A stretch of DNA of 41,964 nucleotides from Pseudomonadota bacterium (GCA_031416315.1 JANOTL010000119.1:1-41964); one strand, 5' to 3'. Counted from the first letter of the stretch, positions 28,764 to 37,593 are shown. Notes: generated from the letters alone by a model not told the origin. Program-made: numbers and translations.

Positions 28764-28790
28764 TCAAGGGACGCGGAATTAAGACGATAA
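28764..28790 (+). promoter_or_regulatory. sigma28 (FliA)-like promoter
   Basis: TCAA-N15-GACGATAA, followed by GGAGG RBS and ATG 28810. Confidence 0.65.
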
Positions 28791-28809
28791 TGACCTACGG
28801 GAGGCCGAG

Positions 28810-30075
28810 ATGGCACTCAATCCTAGTGGTAAGACCCTGGTCGCAAAGCCGAAGCGTTTCAGCGAGATCTTGGCCGTCATGGACGATCAGAGCTGGATCT
28901 GGAGCTTGGCGTCGAAGCAGATGGAATGGCTCAACCTCGCGCACGTGCGCCTGCCGTCCACCGTGCCGATCCGCCAAAGCTGGGAGCGCTTGCGCGACGC
29001 CCAGCGCATCATCGTCCACTGGGAAGCGAAAAGCCGCTCGGGCGGCGCCGTCATCGAGGAGATCCTCGACGTCCAGCCGAACTTCGACGTCGGCGAGCGC
29101 ATCATCGTGCTGACGACGAACCCGACGCACGAGGACGTCGTCTACTTCTCCGAGCTCGGCGTCCGCCGCATCATCCGCCTACGCCAGCGCGACAAGGATC
29201 TCGCGCAGGCCGCGCGCGAGCTCGACCTTCATCTCACCGCCGAGCCCGAGCACGACCGCCGCGAGATCGCCTGGCGGAAGCTCCTATACGCCCTCGACAC
29301 GCTGCCCGACACGGTGCCGCCGGAAGCGGTCGACAAGCTCGACGAGGCGGTGCGCAAGCTCCGGCCGGACGAGTTCACGGCACGCTATTTCGACGCCGTC
29401 TCGACCATCGCCATGCTCCGCGAGCAGGACGAGGTCGCCGTCAAAGGCTGGCACAAGGCCCTCGACAAGAACCCGAACTACTACCGCACCTACCACAACC
29501 TGATCCGCTTCTACCGCCGCCGCGGCAAGAACGACGAAGCGCTGGCGCTCATGCAGAAGATGCAGGAGCTCAACAAGTCCAACATCTCGCGCCTCGTCGG
29601 CATGGGCGAGATTCAGATGGCCTTGGCGGACTACGAGCGGGCGGAGTTCTGCTTCAAATCCGCGCTCGAGCGCGACACGTTCTGCAGCGGCGCCCTGAAC
29701 GGCTTGGCGGAGATCCGCTTCCACCAGGGCAACCTCGAAGAGTCGCGCCAGCTCCTGGCTCGCTCGCATCTGGCGTACAAAGCCGCAGCTTCGCTCAACC
29801 AGCAGGGCATCGAGCTCGTGCGCAAAGAGAAGTTCGAGCACGCGCTCGACCACTACACGAAAGCTCAGTACGTTCTGCCCGTGCAGGACAAGGGACCTTT
29901 GCTCTTCTACAACATCGGTCTGTGCTATGCGCGCTGGGGCAAGCACAAGATGGCCCGCGAGTTCCTCAAGATCGCTTTGATCAAAGAGCCGACCTACCGG
30001 AAGGCGCAGCGCCTCCTCGAGCAGGTCGACACGAAGGCGACGGTGAGCGAGAACGTGATCGAGGATGTCGCCTAG
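28810..30075 (+). CDS. Pseudo-receiver + TPR repeat protein
   Basis: ILAVMDD...IIVHW...IIVLTT...ELGVRRII REC-like pattern. Multiple TPRs (KALDKNPNY, ALNGLAEI, LFYNIGLCY). Confidence 0.8.
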   Translation: MALNPSGKTLVAKPKRFSEILAVMDDQSWIWSLASKQMEWLNLAHVRLPSTVPIRQSWERLRDAQRIIVHWEAKSRSGGAVIEEILDVQPNFDVGERIIVLTTNPTHEDVVYFSELGVRRIIRLRQRDKDLAQAARELDLHLTAEPEHDRREIAWRKLLYALDTLPDTVPPEAVDKLDEAVRKLRPDEFTARYFDAVSTIAMLREQDEVAVKGWHKALDKNPNYYRTYHNLIRFYRRRGKNDEALALMQKMQELNKSNISRLVGMGEIQMALADYERAEFCFKSALERDTFCSGALNGLAEIRFHQGNLEESRQLLARSHLAYKAAASLNQQGIELVRKEKFEHALDHYTKAQYVLPVQDKGPLLFYNIGLCYARWGKHKMAREFLKIALIKEPTYRKAQRLLEQVDTKATVSENVIEDVA

Positions 30076-30199
30076 ACACCGAACGCCCGGAAATGCTCTG
30101 CCGCCGCGAGCGCGGGCGCGGCGGAAAGAGCCGCGGCACGACGCGCAAGCGTCGGACCACGGCCGCGAACCTCGGTTCGGCGAACGGGAGTGGAGCGTC

Positions 30200-30577
30200 T
30201 CAGCGCTTGAGCATGGCCTCGTCCCACTGATACGTCTGCGGCAGCTGGCGCGCCGAGCGGATCAGGTGGGCTTGCTGGTTGCGCAGGTACTGCACGATGT
30301 TCTTCGACGTCGGGTCGGTTTTCAGACGGTCGATCTCCGTCTGAATGTCGTTGATCCGCTCGACGTCGTTTTCTTTGGCGTAGATCTGGTCGAGAATGGA
30401 GTTGAAGTCCGTCTTCTCTTGCTCGTTCAACCCCGTGGTGTTCGTATAGCGGTGATACTGATTGACGCGCATCGGATCGGTGTCGATCACGACGGCGCCG
30501 TCTTCCTTCTTCTCCACCACCACACCCGGCTCGGTGTAGATCCCCGACTTGGACACTAGGTCGCCGATGTTCGCCAT
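30200..30577 (-). CDS. Hypothetical protein (125 aa), paralog of 30593-30970
   Basis: GGAGGAG RBS and typical codon usage; aligns over its full length with its neighbour. Confidence 0.85.
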   Translation of the reverse strand: MANIGDLVSKSGIYTEPGVVVEKKEDGAVVIDTDPMRVNQYHRYTNTTGLNEQEKTDFNSILDQIYAKENDVERINDIQTEIDRLKTDPTSKNIVQYLRNQQAHLIRSARQLPQTYQWDEAMLKR

Positions 30578-30592
30578 GGCGCACTCCTCCTG

Positions 30593-30970
30593 CTAACGCG
30601 CTTTGCTCTCGTGGATCGAATACTCACGCGGCTTGATGCCGTTCGAATTCATGATGTGCATCATCTCGGCGCGCACGTACTTCGCGAGCAAGTGGCGCGT
30701 CGGATCGCTCTCGATCTCGGCCAGGCGAAGTTTTAGGGTCTCGACGCGGTCGTTTGCGTCCATGGTGTCGCTCTTGACGACGTCGAGCAGCGAGTCGAAA
30801 GCCTCGCGGTCCTCCGGGGAAAGCCCGTTCACGAAGCCGTGACGCGTCGCCGCCTGGACCTCGCCGAGCTCCGCGTCCAGCGTCAAAAGGCCAGAGAACT
30901 CGTCGCGGTTCTTCACGACCGCGGGAGTTCCGTTCCTGATGAAGGCCGTGTCACCGATGCGGATGGTCAT
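30593..30970 (-). CDS. Hypothetical protein (125 aa), paralog of 30200-30577
   Basis: GAGGG RBS; shared IGD, P.VV, GL...F.S.LD, DPT, Y.R...H and P..Y motifs. Confidence 0.85.
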   Translation of the reverse strand: MTIRIGDTAFIRNGTPAVVKNRDEFSGLLTLDAELGEVQAATRHGFVNGLSPEDREAFDSLLDVVKSDTMDANDRVETLKLRLAEIESDPTRHLLAKYVRAEMMHIMNSNGIKPREYSIHESKAR

Positions 30971-30991
30971 GCGGCAATTCCCTCTAGTCCT

Positions 30992-31020
30992 ATGCTAGCT
31001 GGAGCCGTCTGGAGCCGCAA
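30992..31020 (-). promoter_or_regulatory. Possible sigma70-type promoter for the paralog pair
   Basis: Minus strand TTGCGG-N17-TAGCAT just upstream of the RBS; a GGCTCCAG direct repeat overlaps the -35 box and spacer. Confidence 0.35.
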
Positions 31021-31108
31021 CTCACTGAAATGAGTATGTTTTTCCTAGTGGGGGTGGGCAAATTTCGCCGGTCGAAAGACTTGAGCGCGTTTTAAGCCCG
31101 ATTTTCGC

Positions 31109-31136
31109 TCAAGAATCCGGTGAAACATGCCGAATC
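31109..31136 (+). promoter_or_regulatory. sigma28 (FliA)-like promoter
   Basis: TCAA-N16-GCCGAATC upstream of ATG 31197; spacer is one base longer than canonical. Confidence 0.5.
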
Positions 31137-31196
31137 CAAGCCTTGTATGCAGAGAGAACCACGAAAACTCAGAGGGACGTAGAAAGCCAACATGCC

Positions 31197-31562
31197 ATGA
31201 GTCAGCTTATCCAACTCAACAGCTACCGCCGCAGACGCCGCCAATCGTATCTTGCCCGCCATGGCTCCCGCATCGATCACATCATCCAGAAATTCATCCA
31301 GAACCACGTCGACTTCACGTTCCGCGAGCTGAGCCGGATGTATCAGGCCGATCTTGCTAGCGTTTCTGAAGAAGCCTGGGATTACGTGGACTTCCGGGAA
31401 GTGCTGGGGGAAGTGCTGGACCACGTCATCGGGGAAGCCCTGTACGGACTCCTGAAGAGTCAGTACTGGTTCGACCGCTGCCTGATCTCGCAGGAGGAAG
31501 TGATGGATCGCGCCCTACGCGCCTACATCACCGAGCAATGCGAGGTTGCGACGGCTCCGTGA
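31197..31562 (+). CDS. Hypothetical helical protein (121 aa)
   Basis: Start re-called at ATG 31197 (MSQLIQLNSYRRRRR); protein-like composition; divergent from the paralog pair. Confidence 0.75.
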   Translation: MSQLIQLNSYRRRRRQSYLARHGSRIDHIIQKFIQNHVDFTFRELSRMYQADLASVSEEAWDYVDFREVLGEVLDHVIGEALYGLLKSQYWFDRCLISQEEVMDRALRAYITEQCEVATAP

Positions 31563-31597
31563 GCGTCTGAATCGAGGCTCCGAAGATCCGTGGCCCT

Positions 31598-31852
31598 TCA
31601 GCCGCCGGTCCGGCTCCGATTCGTCTCTCCGAGTCCCCGAACGTGGGACACGTCGCCGAGCTCCTCCGGGATCTTGGCGGTCACGTGGCCTTCCGCGATC
31701 TCGCGGAGGGCGGTTACGGCGAGCTTGTTCTTCGAGCGGACGAGGGCCTCGTCGCCGTTCATAAGCTGGCGGGTGCGGGAAGCCGCGACCGAGACCAGCG
31801 CGAAGCGGTTTTCCAGGACGTTGAGACAGTCTTCGATCGAAACGCGGGCCAT
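31598..31852 (-). CDS. rpoZ: RNA polymerase omega subunit
   Basis: MARVSIEDCL..LENRFALV.VAA.R.RQL...NK..VTALREIAEG; AAAGGA RBS before ATG 31852. Confidence 0.96.
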   Translation of the reverse strand: MARVSIEDCLNVLENRFALVSVAASRTRQLMNGDEALVRSKNKLAVTALREIAEGHVTAKIPEELGDVSHVRGLGETNRSRTGG

Positions 31853-32011
31853 CGTCTTATCCTTTGAAAATCTCCGATTTCTGGGCTGACGGACGCGCGA
31901 CACCGGGTTAGCATCGACGCGGAATCTAATCGGAGATCGCCCAATCTATCGCCTCGGACGCCCGCGATCAAGCACTGATCGGTCGTGCCGGAGGCCCGCG
32001 AGGTCACCCGC

Positions 32012-33511
32012 ATGCGCCCTTCACGTCCCTTGGCCGCCGTGGCCGCCCTCGTGTTGAGCCTTGCCTTGGCGGCTTGCGGGGATCAAGACCCGCCCGCGCG
32101 TGGCCGGAAGCCCGTTCTGCCGGTGGTCGCTAGCCCAGATCAGCCCGTGAGCTACCAGCTGGCCGACCCGGACTGCCAAAATACCACCCAGCCGACCCTC
32201 CTGACCCAGACGCGGATTCGCGCCTGGGATGAGGACGAGATCGTCGACCGTCAGGTCCGTTACCCGGCCAAGGTCGAGTCGGGTCGCACGCTCACGAGCG
32301 ACGCCATCGGCGAGACGAGCTACGACGATCGCATGGAGCGGGTCTGCGACTACGAGAAGGGCCCGGGGCGATACTGCGACGACGACGAGGGCCAAGAAAA
32401 GGGTTGGTCGAACGCGCGCGATCTCAAAATGCTGCGGATCTGCAAGGACGACTTCGACTACGGTCGCCGGACGTTCGAGGGCGTCGCGCTCGCGAGCGTG
32501 AACTACATCGAGATCGCGAGCACGGACTACAAGCGGCTCGCTCCCGCCGGCGCCAAACCCTTGCCGCAGATCCATCTCTCGGTCCTGCCGCACTTTATCG
32601 ACTATTACGACAACTACCCGCAATCGGACGGTACCCGCGTGCGGCTGAAGACCTGGATCACGCACAACATGGCGCACTTCCAGTCGCCGCCGATGATCGC
32701 GGTTTTCCCGGACACGCGCCAGGACGAGCAAAACACCCAGGGCTCTTTCTGGGAGTCGCAGTTCGTCCTCGCTCACGAGTTCGGCCATCACATCGACTTC
32801 ACCCTCAACGGCTTCGCGCTCGAGGCGATGGGCCTCGGCTGGAGCCCGCTCGAGCACGGACTCGTCGACCGGTTCGCGCTGGCGCAAGGGCTCTCTGGCG
32901 GCTCGGACCGCGCGAAAGTCCACGGCGCCGTCGGCGAGACCTTCGCCGACCTGACGGCGTACTACTCCGAAGGCGGCACCGGCAAATCGATGGTCGCCCT
33001 CCCCTGCTTCGGCGTGAACCGCAACGTCCGCGGCGACGCGTTCAAGAACGGCGACGACAAGATCATGACCGAAGACCGGCTCGGCTTTCTCCTCGGGACG
33101 TTCGACGAGGGCGACAAGACCTGCGGCGAGCCGCGCTACGGCGACATTCACATCGCGGGCGCGATCATCGCCCGCACTCTTGACGAAGCGTTCGGACGCC
33201 TTCTTCTCGCCAGCGGCGTCGACGAAGAGGGCGATGCGGACGCGCGCTACCGCCTGACGCTGGCTTGGATGGACCGCTTCGTCGAGGCTTCGCGCGGCAT
33301 GGCGCTGACGACGACGGGCGCGGGCTGGCTCGCCCCCGTGGCGCAGGCCATGCGCGACGTGACCGAGAGCTACCTGGAGGCGCCCGGCCTGAAGCTGGCT
33401 CCGGGCGAATCGACGGACAGGGTCCAACGCGACGTGTGCCGCATCGTGGCGGAGCGCCTGCCGGTGGTTGAAGGCAAGCCGTTCGCGCTGGCGGGCGGCG
33501 GCTGCGGCTAA
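32012..33511 (+). CDS. Zinc metallopeptidase lipoprotein (gluzincin, M4/M36-like)
   Basis: Lipobox LAA-C. VLAHEFGH, downstream GETFAD (third Glu ligand), and DIHIAG resembling the thermolysin/fungalysin VH motif. Confidence 0.78.
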   Translation: MRPSRPLAAVAALVLSLALAACGDQDPPARGRKPVLPVVASPDQPVSYQLADPDCQNTTQPTLLTQTRIRAWDEDEIVDRQVRYPAKVESGRTLTSDAIGETSYDDRMERVCDYEKGPGRYCDDDEGQEKGWSNARDLKMLRICKDDFDYGRRTFEGVALASVNYIEIASTDYKRLAPAGAKPLPQIHLSVLPHFIDYYDNYPQSDGTRVRLKTWITHNMAHFQSPPMIAVFPDTRQDEQNTQGSFWESQFVLAHEFGHHIDFTLNGFALEAMGLGWSPLEHGLVDRFALAQGLSGGSDRAKVHGAVGETFADLTAYYSEGGTGKSMVALPCFGVNRNVRGDAFKNGDDKIMTEDRLGFLLGTFDEGDKTCGEPRYGDIHIAGAIIARTLDEAFGRLLLASGVDEEGDADARYRLTLAWMDRFVEASRGMALTTTGAGWLAPVAQAMRDVTESYLEAPGLKLAPGESTDRVQRDVCRIVAERLPVVEGKPFALAGGGCG

Positions 33512-33514
33512 GGG

Positions 33515-34303
33515 TCAGCGTCGTGGAAACGAGCGCGTCTCGGCGCGCTCGAACGGCCCAGACGGCCAAAGCCAGTCCCAACGCTCCACCTCGACCAGCT
33601 CGCGGTCCAAGCGCAGGACGTTGAAGGAGTTCGGCTGGCCGCCCCGGACGCGCCACGAGCACGCCGTGCCCGCGGCGACGAGGAGCGCCTTATGAGTCGC
33701 GTCGGTATGCACCTTCTCGGCGACGGCGGCGTCTGGCGTGTGCAGGTGTCCGCTCAGGACGAGGTCGAGGCGCAGCTCGGCGATCTCGGGAAAGGCGACG
33801 TGCTTTTTCCGTGCCCCGCCTCGGCCGCGTCGGCCCGCTGCGTCGATTGGATGGTGCAAGACCAGAAGACGGCTCTTATCGGCGGGAACGCCGCGGAGCC
33901 GCTCCGCCAAGTCCCGTACGCGCCGTGGTGAGAGGCGGCCCTCCGCGACGGTGAGCGAACGCACGCTCGGGATGCCGACGACCACGTAGTCCGCCGTCTC
34001 ATGCAGCGGCAAAGATTCACTGCCGAACACCTTTTTGTACCCCGCCAGCGGCCGGAAGAAGCGAGAGAAGAGGTCGTAAAGCGGGACGTCGTGGTTCCCG
34101 GGTACGACCAGGCGGGCGCCAGGCAGGCGGTCCAGAAAGGCGCGCGCGGCCTGGAATTCCCGCGGCCTTGCCCGCTGCGTGAGGTCGCCGGAAACAAGGA
34201 CGAGGTCGGGCCGAAGGTCCGTGATGGCGGTCACTAAGCCCTCGACCACCGGCGGCGCCTCGGCGCCGAAGTGCAGGTCGGAGATGTGGACGAGCGTTTG
34301 CAT
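33515..34303 (-). CDS. Calcineurin-like metallophosphoesterase (CpdA/Icc-like)
   Basis: SDLHFG, SGDLTQ, PGNHD, LHHP, SGHLH. Confidence 0.93.
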   Translation of the reverse strand: MQTLVHISDLHFGAEAPPVVEGLVTAITDLRPDLVLVSGDLTQRARPREFQAARAFLDRLPGARLVVPGNHDVPLYDLFSRFFRPLAGYKKVFGSESLPLHETADYVVVGIPSVRSLTVAEGRLSPRRVRDLAERLRGVPADKSRLLVLHHPIDAAGRRGRGGARKKHVAFPEIAELRLDLVLSGHLHTPDAAVAEKVHTDATHKALLVAAGTACSWRVRGGQPNSFNVLRLDRELVEVERWDWLWPSGPFERAETRSFPRR

Positions 34304-34345
34304 GGCGGGGTCCGTGCAAGTTTACGGCCGAGAAGGGGCAGATTG

Positions 34346-35242
34346 ATGGGACGTCGAGCATTGCTTCTCGTGAATCCGGTGTCGCGTTCGGGCGCCGACG
34401 CGGCCAAAGCCGCCGCGACGATTCTCCGCGAAGGCGGCCTCGAGGTGATCGAAGGTGACGGCGAGCACCCGGAGCGTTACGCCGACTGCGTTCGCGGCCA
34501 CCGTGGCAAGGTCGACTGCGTCGTCGTCGGCGGCGGCGACGGAAGCGCCCACCTGGTCCTACCCGGCCTCCTCGGCCTCGAGATGCCGCTCGGCTTCCTC
34601 CCCCTCGGCACGGCCAACAATCTAGCGCGCAACCTCGGACTGCCGACCGACCTGGCGGAGGCCTGCGGCGTCGTCGTCGCGGGCGCCACGCGGCGGATCG
34701 ACGTCGCCGACGTCAACGGCCACTATTTTTTCAACGTCGCGGGTCTCGGGCTCAGCTCGGAGGTGAATCGCAAGGTTCCCCGTAAGCTGAAGCGGCACTT
34801 CGGAGTCCTGGCCTATGCCGGATACGCGTTCAAGGTCGCGCGCCGCTTCCGCCCGTTTCACGCGGAGATCGAGGGCGACGACGGCAAGGTTTTGCGCGTG
34901 CGCACGATGCAGATCACGGTGTGCAACGGCAAACACTACGGCAACGGCTTAGCGATCGCGAAGGCCGCGCAGATCGACGACGGGCGCCTCGACCTCTGCA
35001 GCACTGAGGTCGACCGTTGGTGGCGCGGCGTGCGCAATCTGCCGGCCCTCCTGCGCGGCGACCCCGATGCGGCGCCCGACGTCCGCTGGCTCACGAGCGC
35101 GAGCTTCCGGATCAGCACGCGCCGGCCGATGCGGCTCGACGCAGACGGCGAGATGGTCGGCAAAACGCCGGCCATGATCCGCGTGCATCCACGCCGGATC
35201 GAGGTCTTCGTGCCGGGCGAAGCTAAGGCGCCCCTCGGCTGA
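34346..35242 (+). CDS. Diacylglycerol/lipid kinase (YegS/BmrU family)
   Basis: Start re-called at ATG 34346. NP.S, GGGDGS, PLGTAN, NG..YG, DDG.LD, DGE. Confidence 0.93.
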   Translation: MGRRALLLVNPVSRSGADAAKAAATILREGGLEVIEGDGEHPERYADCVRGHRGKVDCVVVGGGDGSAHLVLPGLLGLEMPLGFLPLGTANNLARNLGLPTDLAEACGVVVAGATRRIDVADVNGHYFFNVAGLGLSSEVNRKVPRKLKRHFGVLAYAGYAFKVARRFRPFHAEIEGDDGKVLRVRTMQITVCNGKHYGNGLAIAKAAQIDDGRLDLCSTEVDRWWRGVRNLPALLRGDPDAAPDVRWLTSASFRISTRRPMRLDADGEMVGKTPAMIRVHPRRIEVFVPGEAKAPLG

Positions 35243-35690
35243 GCATCAACTCGCCGATGATGCGGATCAGGAGCTTGGGATCGATGGGCTTCGTAACGTA
35301 CTCGTCGAAGCCCGCAGCGAGGCACCGTAGGCGCTCATCTTTCAGAGCGTGCGCCGTCAGCGCCACGATCGGCATCGCATGGCCTTCGGCGCGCAGCTTG
35401 ACCACGGCCTCGTAGCCATCGAGCCGTGGCATCTGCAGGTCCATCAGGATCAGATCGAACCGCACGGCGCGGATCATCTCGACGGCCTCGAGGCCGTCGG
35501 CCGCGTACTCGGTCAAGGCTTCGGTCGGGCGCAGAAAACGCGCGACCAGCACCCGGTTGTCCGGCGCGTCGTCGACGATCAGGATGCGCTTGCCCGTGAG
35601 CTTCGGAATCGCAGCGATCAATGTTGGCTTCTCCCGCAACCCGAGGAATTTAGTCAAGCGCCGGGTTTTCGTGAATGTCTCTGATTGCAT
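35223..35690 (-). CDS. Single-domain response regulator
   Basis: ILIVDD, ILMDLQMP, ALTA, TKP: all canonical phospho-site residues are present. Confidence 0.9.
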   Translation of the reverse strand: MQSETFTKTRRLTKFLGLREKPTLIAAIPKLTGKRILIVDDAPDNRVLVARFLRPTEALTEYAADGLEAVEMIRAVRFDLILMDLQMPRLDGYEAVVKLRAEGHAMPIVALTAHALKDERLRCLAAGFDEYVTKPIDPKLLIRIIGELMLSRGAP

Positions 35691-35779
35691 ACGGCAAAAA
35701 AGCGTCAGCCTCCGGCCCGTTAACTTATGATATGATTGCGGTAAGACTTAGTAATCCTTCACTGAATCGAGGACGCACC

Positions 35780-37582
35780 CTGCTGGCGCGCATCCGCATC
35801 GCGATCATCTCGGGGACGCTGACCGCGCTCGCGCCGGCGGCGTGGGCGCAGGCGGGGAAACCCGGCGTGAAGAAGGCCCCCAAGGCGCAAGGCGCCAAGA
35901 AGAAGAAGAAGAAGGCTGACAAGGACGAAGGCGACTGGATCGAGGGTGACAACTTCAAGGCGCCGAAGACCGGGAAAGACCGCGCCGGACGCGCCGGTCC
36001 CAAGGGCGTCCGGGCCATGTTCGAGTCGGCGCAGAAGCTCTACGACGCCGGAAAGTTCGAGGCCGCCCTCGGCGCCTACGACGCCCTGCTGCGCAAGTTT
36101 CCTCAGCACGATCCCGCGCGCGTGCAGCTCGCGAAGACTCTTTATCGACTCGACCGCATCAAAGACGCGTACGGCGTCTTCGCCCAGGTCAACCCACAGC
36201 ATCTCGACCCCGAGACCGCCTACGAATACGGCTGGTCCTTCTACACGAACAAGCAATACGAGGGCGCGCTCTATGCCTTCCAGCGCGTGCCGAAGGGCCA
36301 TGCGCTTTTCGACCTCGGCAACTATTACGGCGCCATCTGCGCTATCAAGCTGAAGAAGTACGAGGACGCCGAGGACATGCTGGAGAAGGCCGTCGTCCTT
36401 CCCGACAAGCTGGCCAAAAGCCGGTCGCTCTACATCAAGCACGTCCAGGCCCTACGCCTGATGAAGGAAAAGGGCGCTCTCGCGAAAGAGCGGCAGGCCG
36501 AGATCGACGCGCTCAACAAGCAGCTGGCCCAAGAAAAAGGCATGAACGGCGCCGGCAAGGACGGGAAGCCCGCCGAGAAAGGTCCCTACGTCCACGGCGG
36601 CCGCCTCGGCGTCGACAAGCAGGCGAAGGTCAGATACGCGTTCGAGCACCAGTACCGCGACAATCACGGCTACAAAGAGGGCAATTACGACGCGCGCGTC
36701 GCGACGCTCGACGTCAAGGGCGGCCCCTTGATCCCGATCTCGGCGTTACGGCAAGGCAAGGATCGGCTGGCGGCCTTCGGCACGACGTTTTCCGTGGGCG
36801 CGGAGAACCGCATTACGGAGGGCAAGGAGCAACGCGTCCTCGCCGACGAGGAGAACGACGACCTCACGCGCGTCCTCGCCACCGAGCTCGGGACGACCGA
36901 CACGACGGCGGGCCTGGTCGGCGTCGCGCCGTGGATGGAGTTCCCGCTGCCAGAAGGCGTTTGGGCCGGCTTTGGCGGGGAGCTCAACTTCACCTATCCC
37001 GAGTTCGAGCGCGGCAAGCGCAGCGGCAATCGCAAAGGCTACGTGACCGGGGGCGGCACGCTCGGCTTTTGGCGCTACGGCGGCGACGTCTCCTATTCCG
37101 AGATCCTGAACGTCAAGACCGAGCCGTTGGTGACCATCGTCGGCGGCCAAGGCTCCGCCGGCTTCGCGATGCCGAGCAAGATCGAGGGCGACGTCGTCGT
37201 CACCTACGAGCTCAACGACTATCTCGACGAGACCGCCGGCCTCGACGGGCCGGACGCCTTGACCCGGATCCATGTGAAAGCGAAGCAAGGCTTTCCGTTC
37301 GGCTTCACCGCCGGCGTCGAGCTCGGCATTGAGCAGCAGGCGAACTACATCTTTCATGCGATCCCGGTGTATGGGCAGGTCTCGGCCGACGCGCAGATCA
37401 TGAGCGGCAAGGCGAAGCTGAGCGCCAATCCCTTCCCGTGGCTCTCCGCTTCGCTGAGCCAGCTCGTGGCCAAGACCACCTGGCAGATCGACAACGAGGC
37501 GGCGCGCGACCCGTTCGAGCAGAACGTCGCCGACTACCTCGAGGCGTTCACCGGCACGGTGGCCGTCAACCTCGCGTTTTAA
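35780..37582 (+). CDS. TPR-repeat + C-terminal beta-barrel outer-membrane protein (start uncertain: CTG 35780 or ATG 35732)
   Basis: Signal peptide ending AWA, Lys-rich linker, TPRs (AQKLYDAGKFEAAL, YEYGWSFY, YYGAICA), then amphipathic beta-strands ending in a terminal Phe (VAVNLAF). Confidence 0.75.
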   Translation: MLARIRIAIISGTLTALAPAAWAQAGKPGVKKAPKAQGAKKKKKKADKDEGDWIEGDNFKAPKTGKDRAGRAGPKGVRAMFESAQKLYDAGKFEAALGAYDALLRKFPQHDPARVQLAKTLYRLDRIKDAYGVFAQVNPQHLDPETAYEYGWSFYTNKQYEGALYAFQRVPKGHALFDLGNYYGAICAIKLKKYEDAEDMLEKAVVLPDKLAKSRSLYIKHVQALRLMKEKGALAKERQAEIDALNKQLAQEKGMNGAGKDGKPAEKGPYVHGGRLGVDKQAKVRYAFEHQYRDNHGYKEGNYDARVATLDVKGGPLIPISALRQGKDRLAAFGTTFSVGAENRITEGKEQRVLADEENDDLTRVLATELGTTDTTAGLVGVAPWMEFPLPEGVWAGFGGELNFTYPEFERGKRSGNRKGYVTGGGTLGFWRYGGDVSYSEILNVKTEPLVTIVGGQGSAGFAMPSKIEGDVVVTYELNDYLDETAGLDGPDALTRIHVKAKQGFPFGFTAGVELGIEQQANYIFHAIPVYGQVSADAQIMSGKAKLSANPFPWLSASLSQLVAKTTWQIDNEAARDPFEQNVADYLEAFTGTVAVNLAF

Positions 37583-37593
37583 AGGGGGCGAAG

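Noticed and set aside
30076..30199. Cluster of GC-rich hairpins (including CGACGC-GCAA-GCGTCG) between convergent genes
   Set aside because: No tRNA, SRP or riboswitch signature is recognisable; such pairing is expected in very GC-rich spacers. An Rfam scan would settle it.
33515..35690. Metallophosphoesterase / lipid kinase / receiver cluster as a novel signalling system
   Set aside because: All are common families with canonical motifs, in divergent/convergent orientations; nothing in the sequence links them beyond adjacency.
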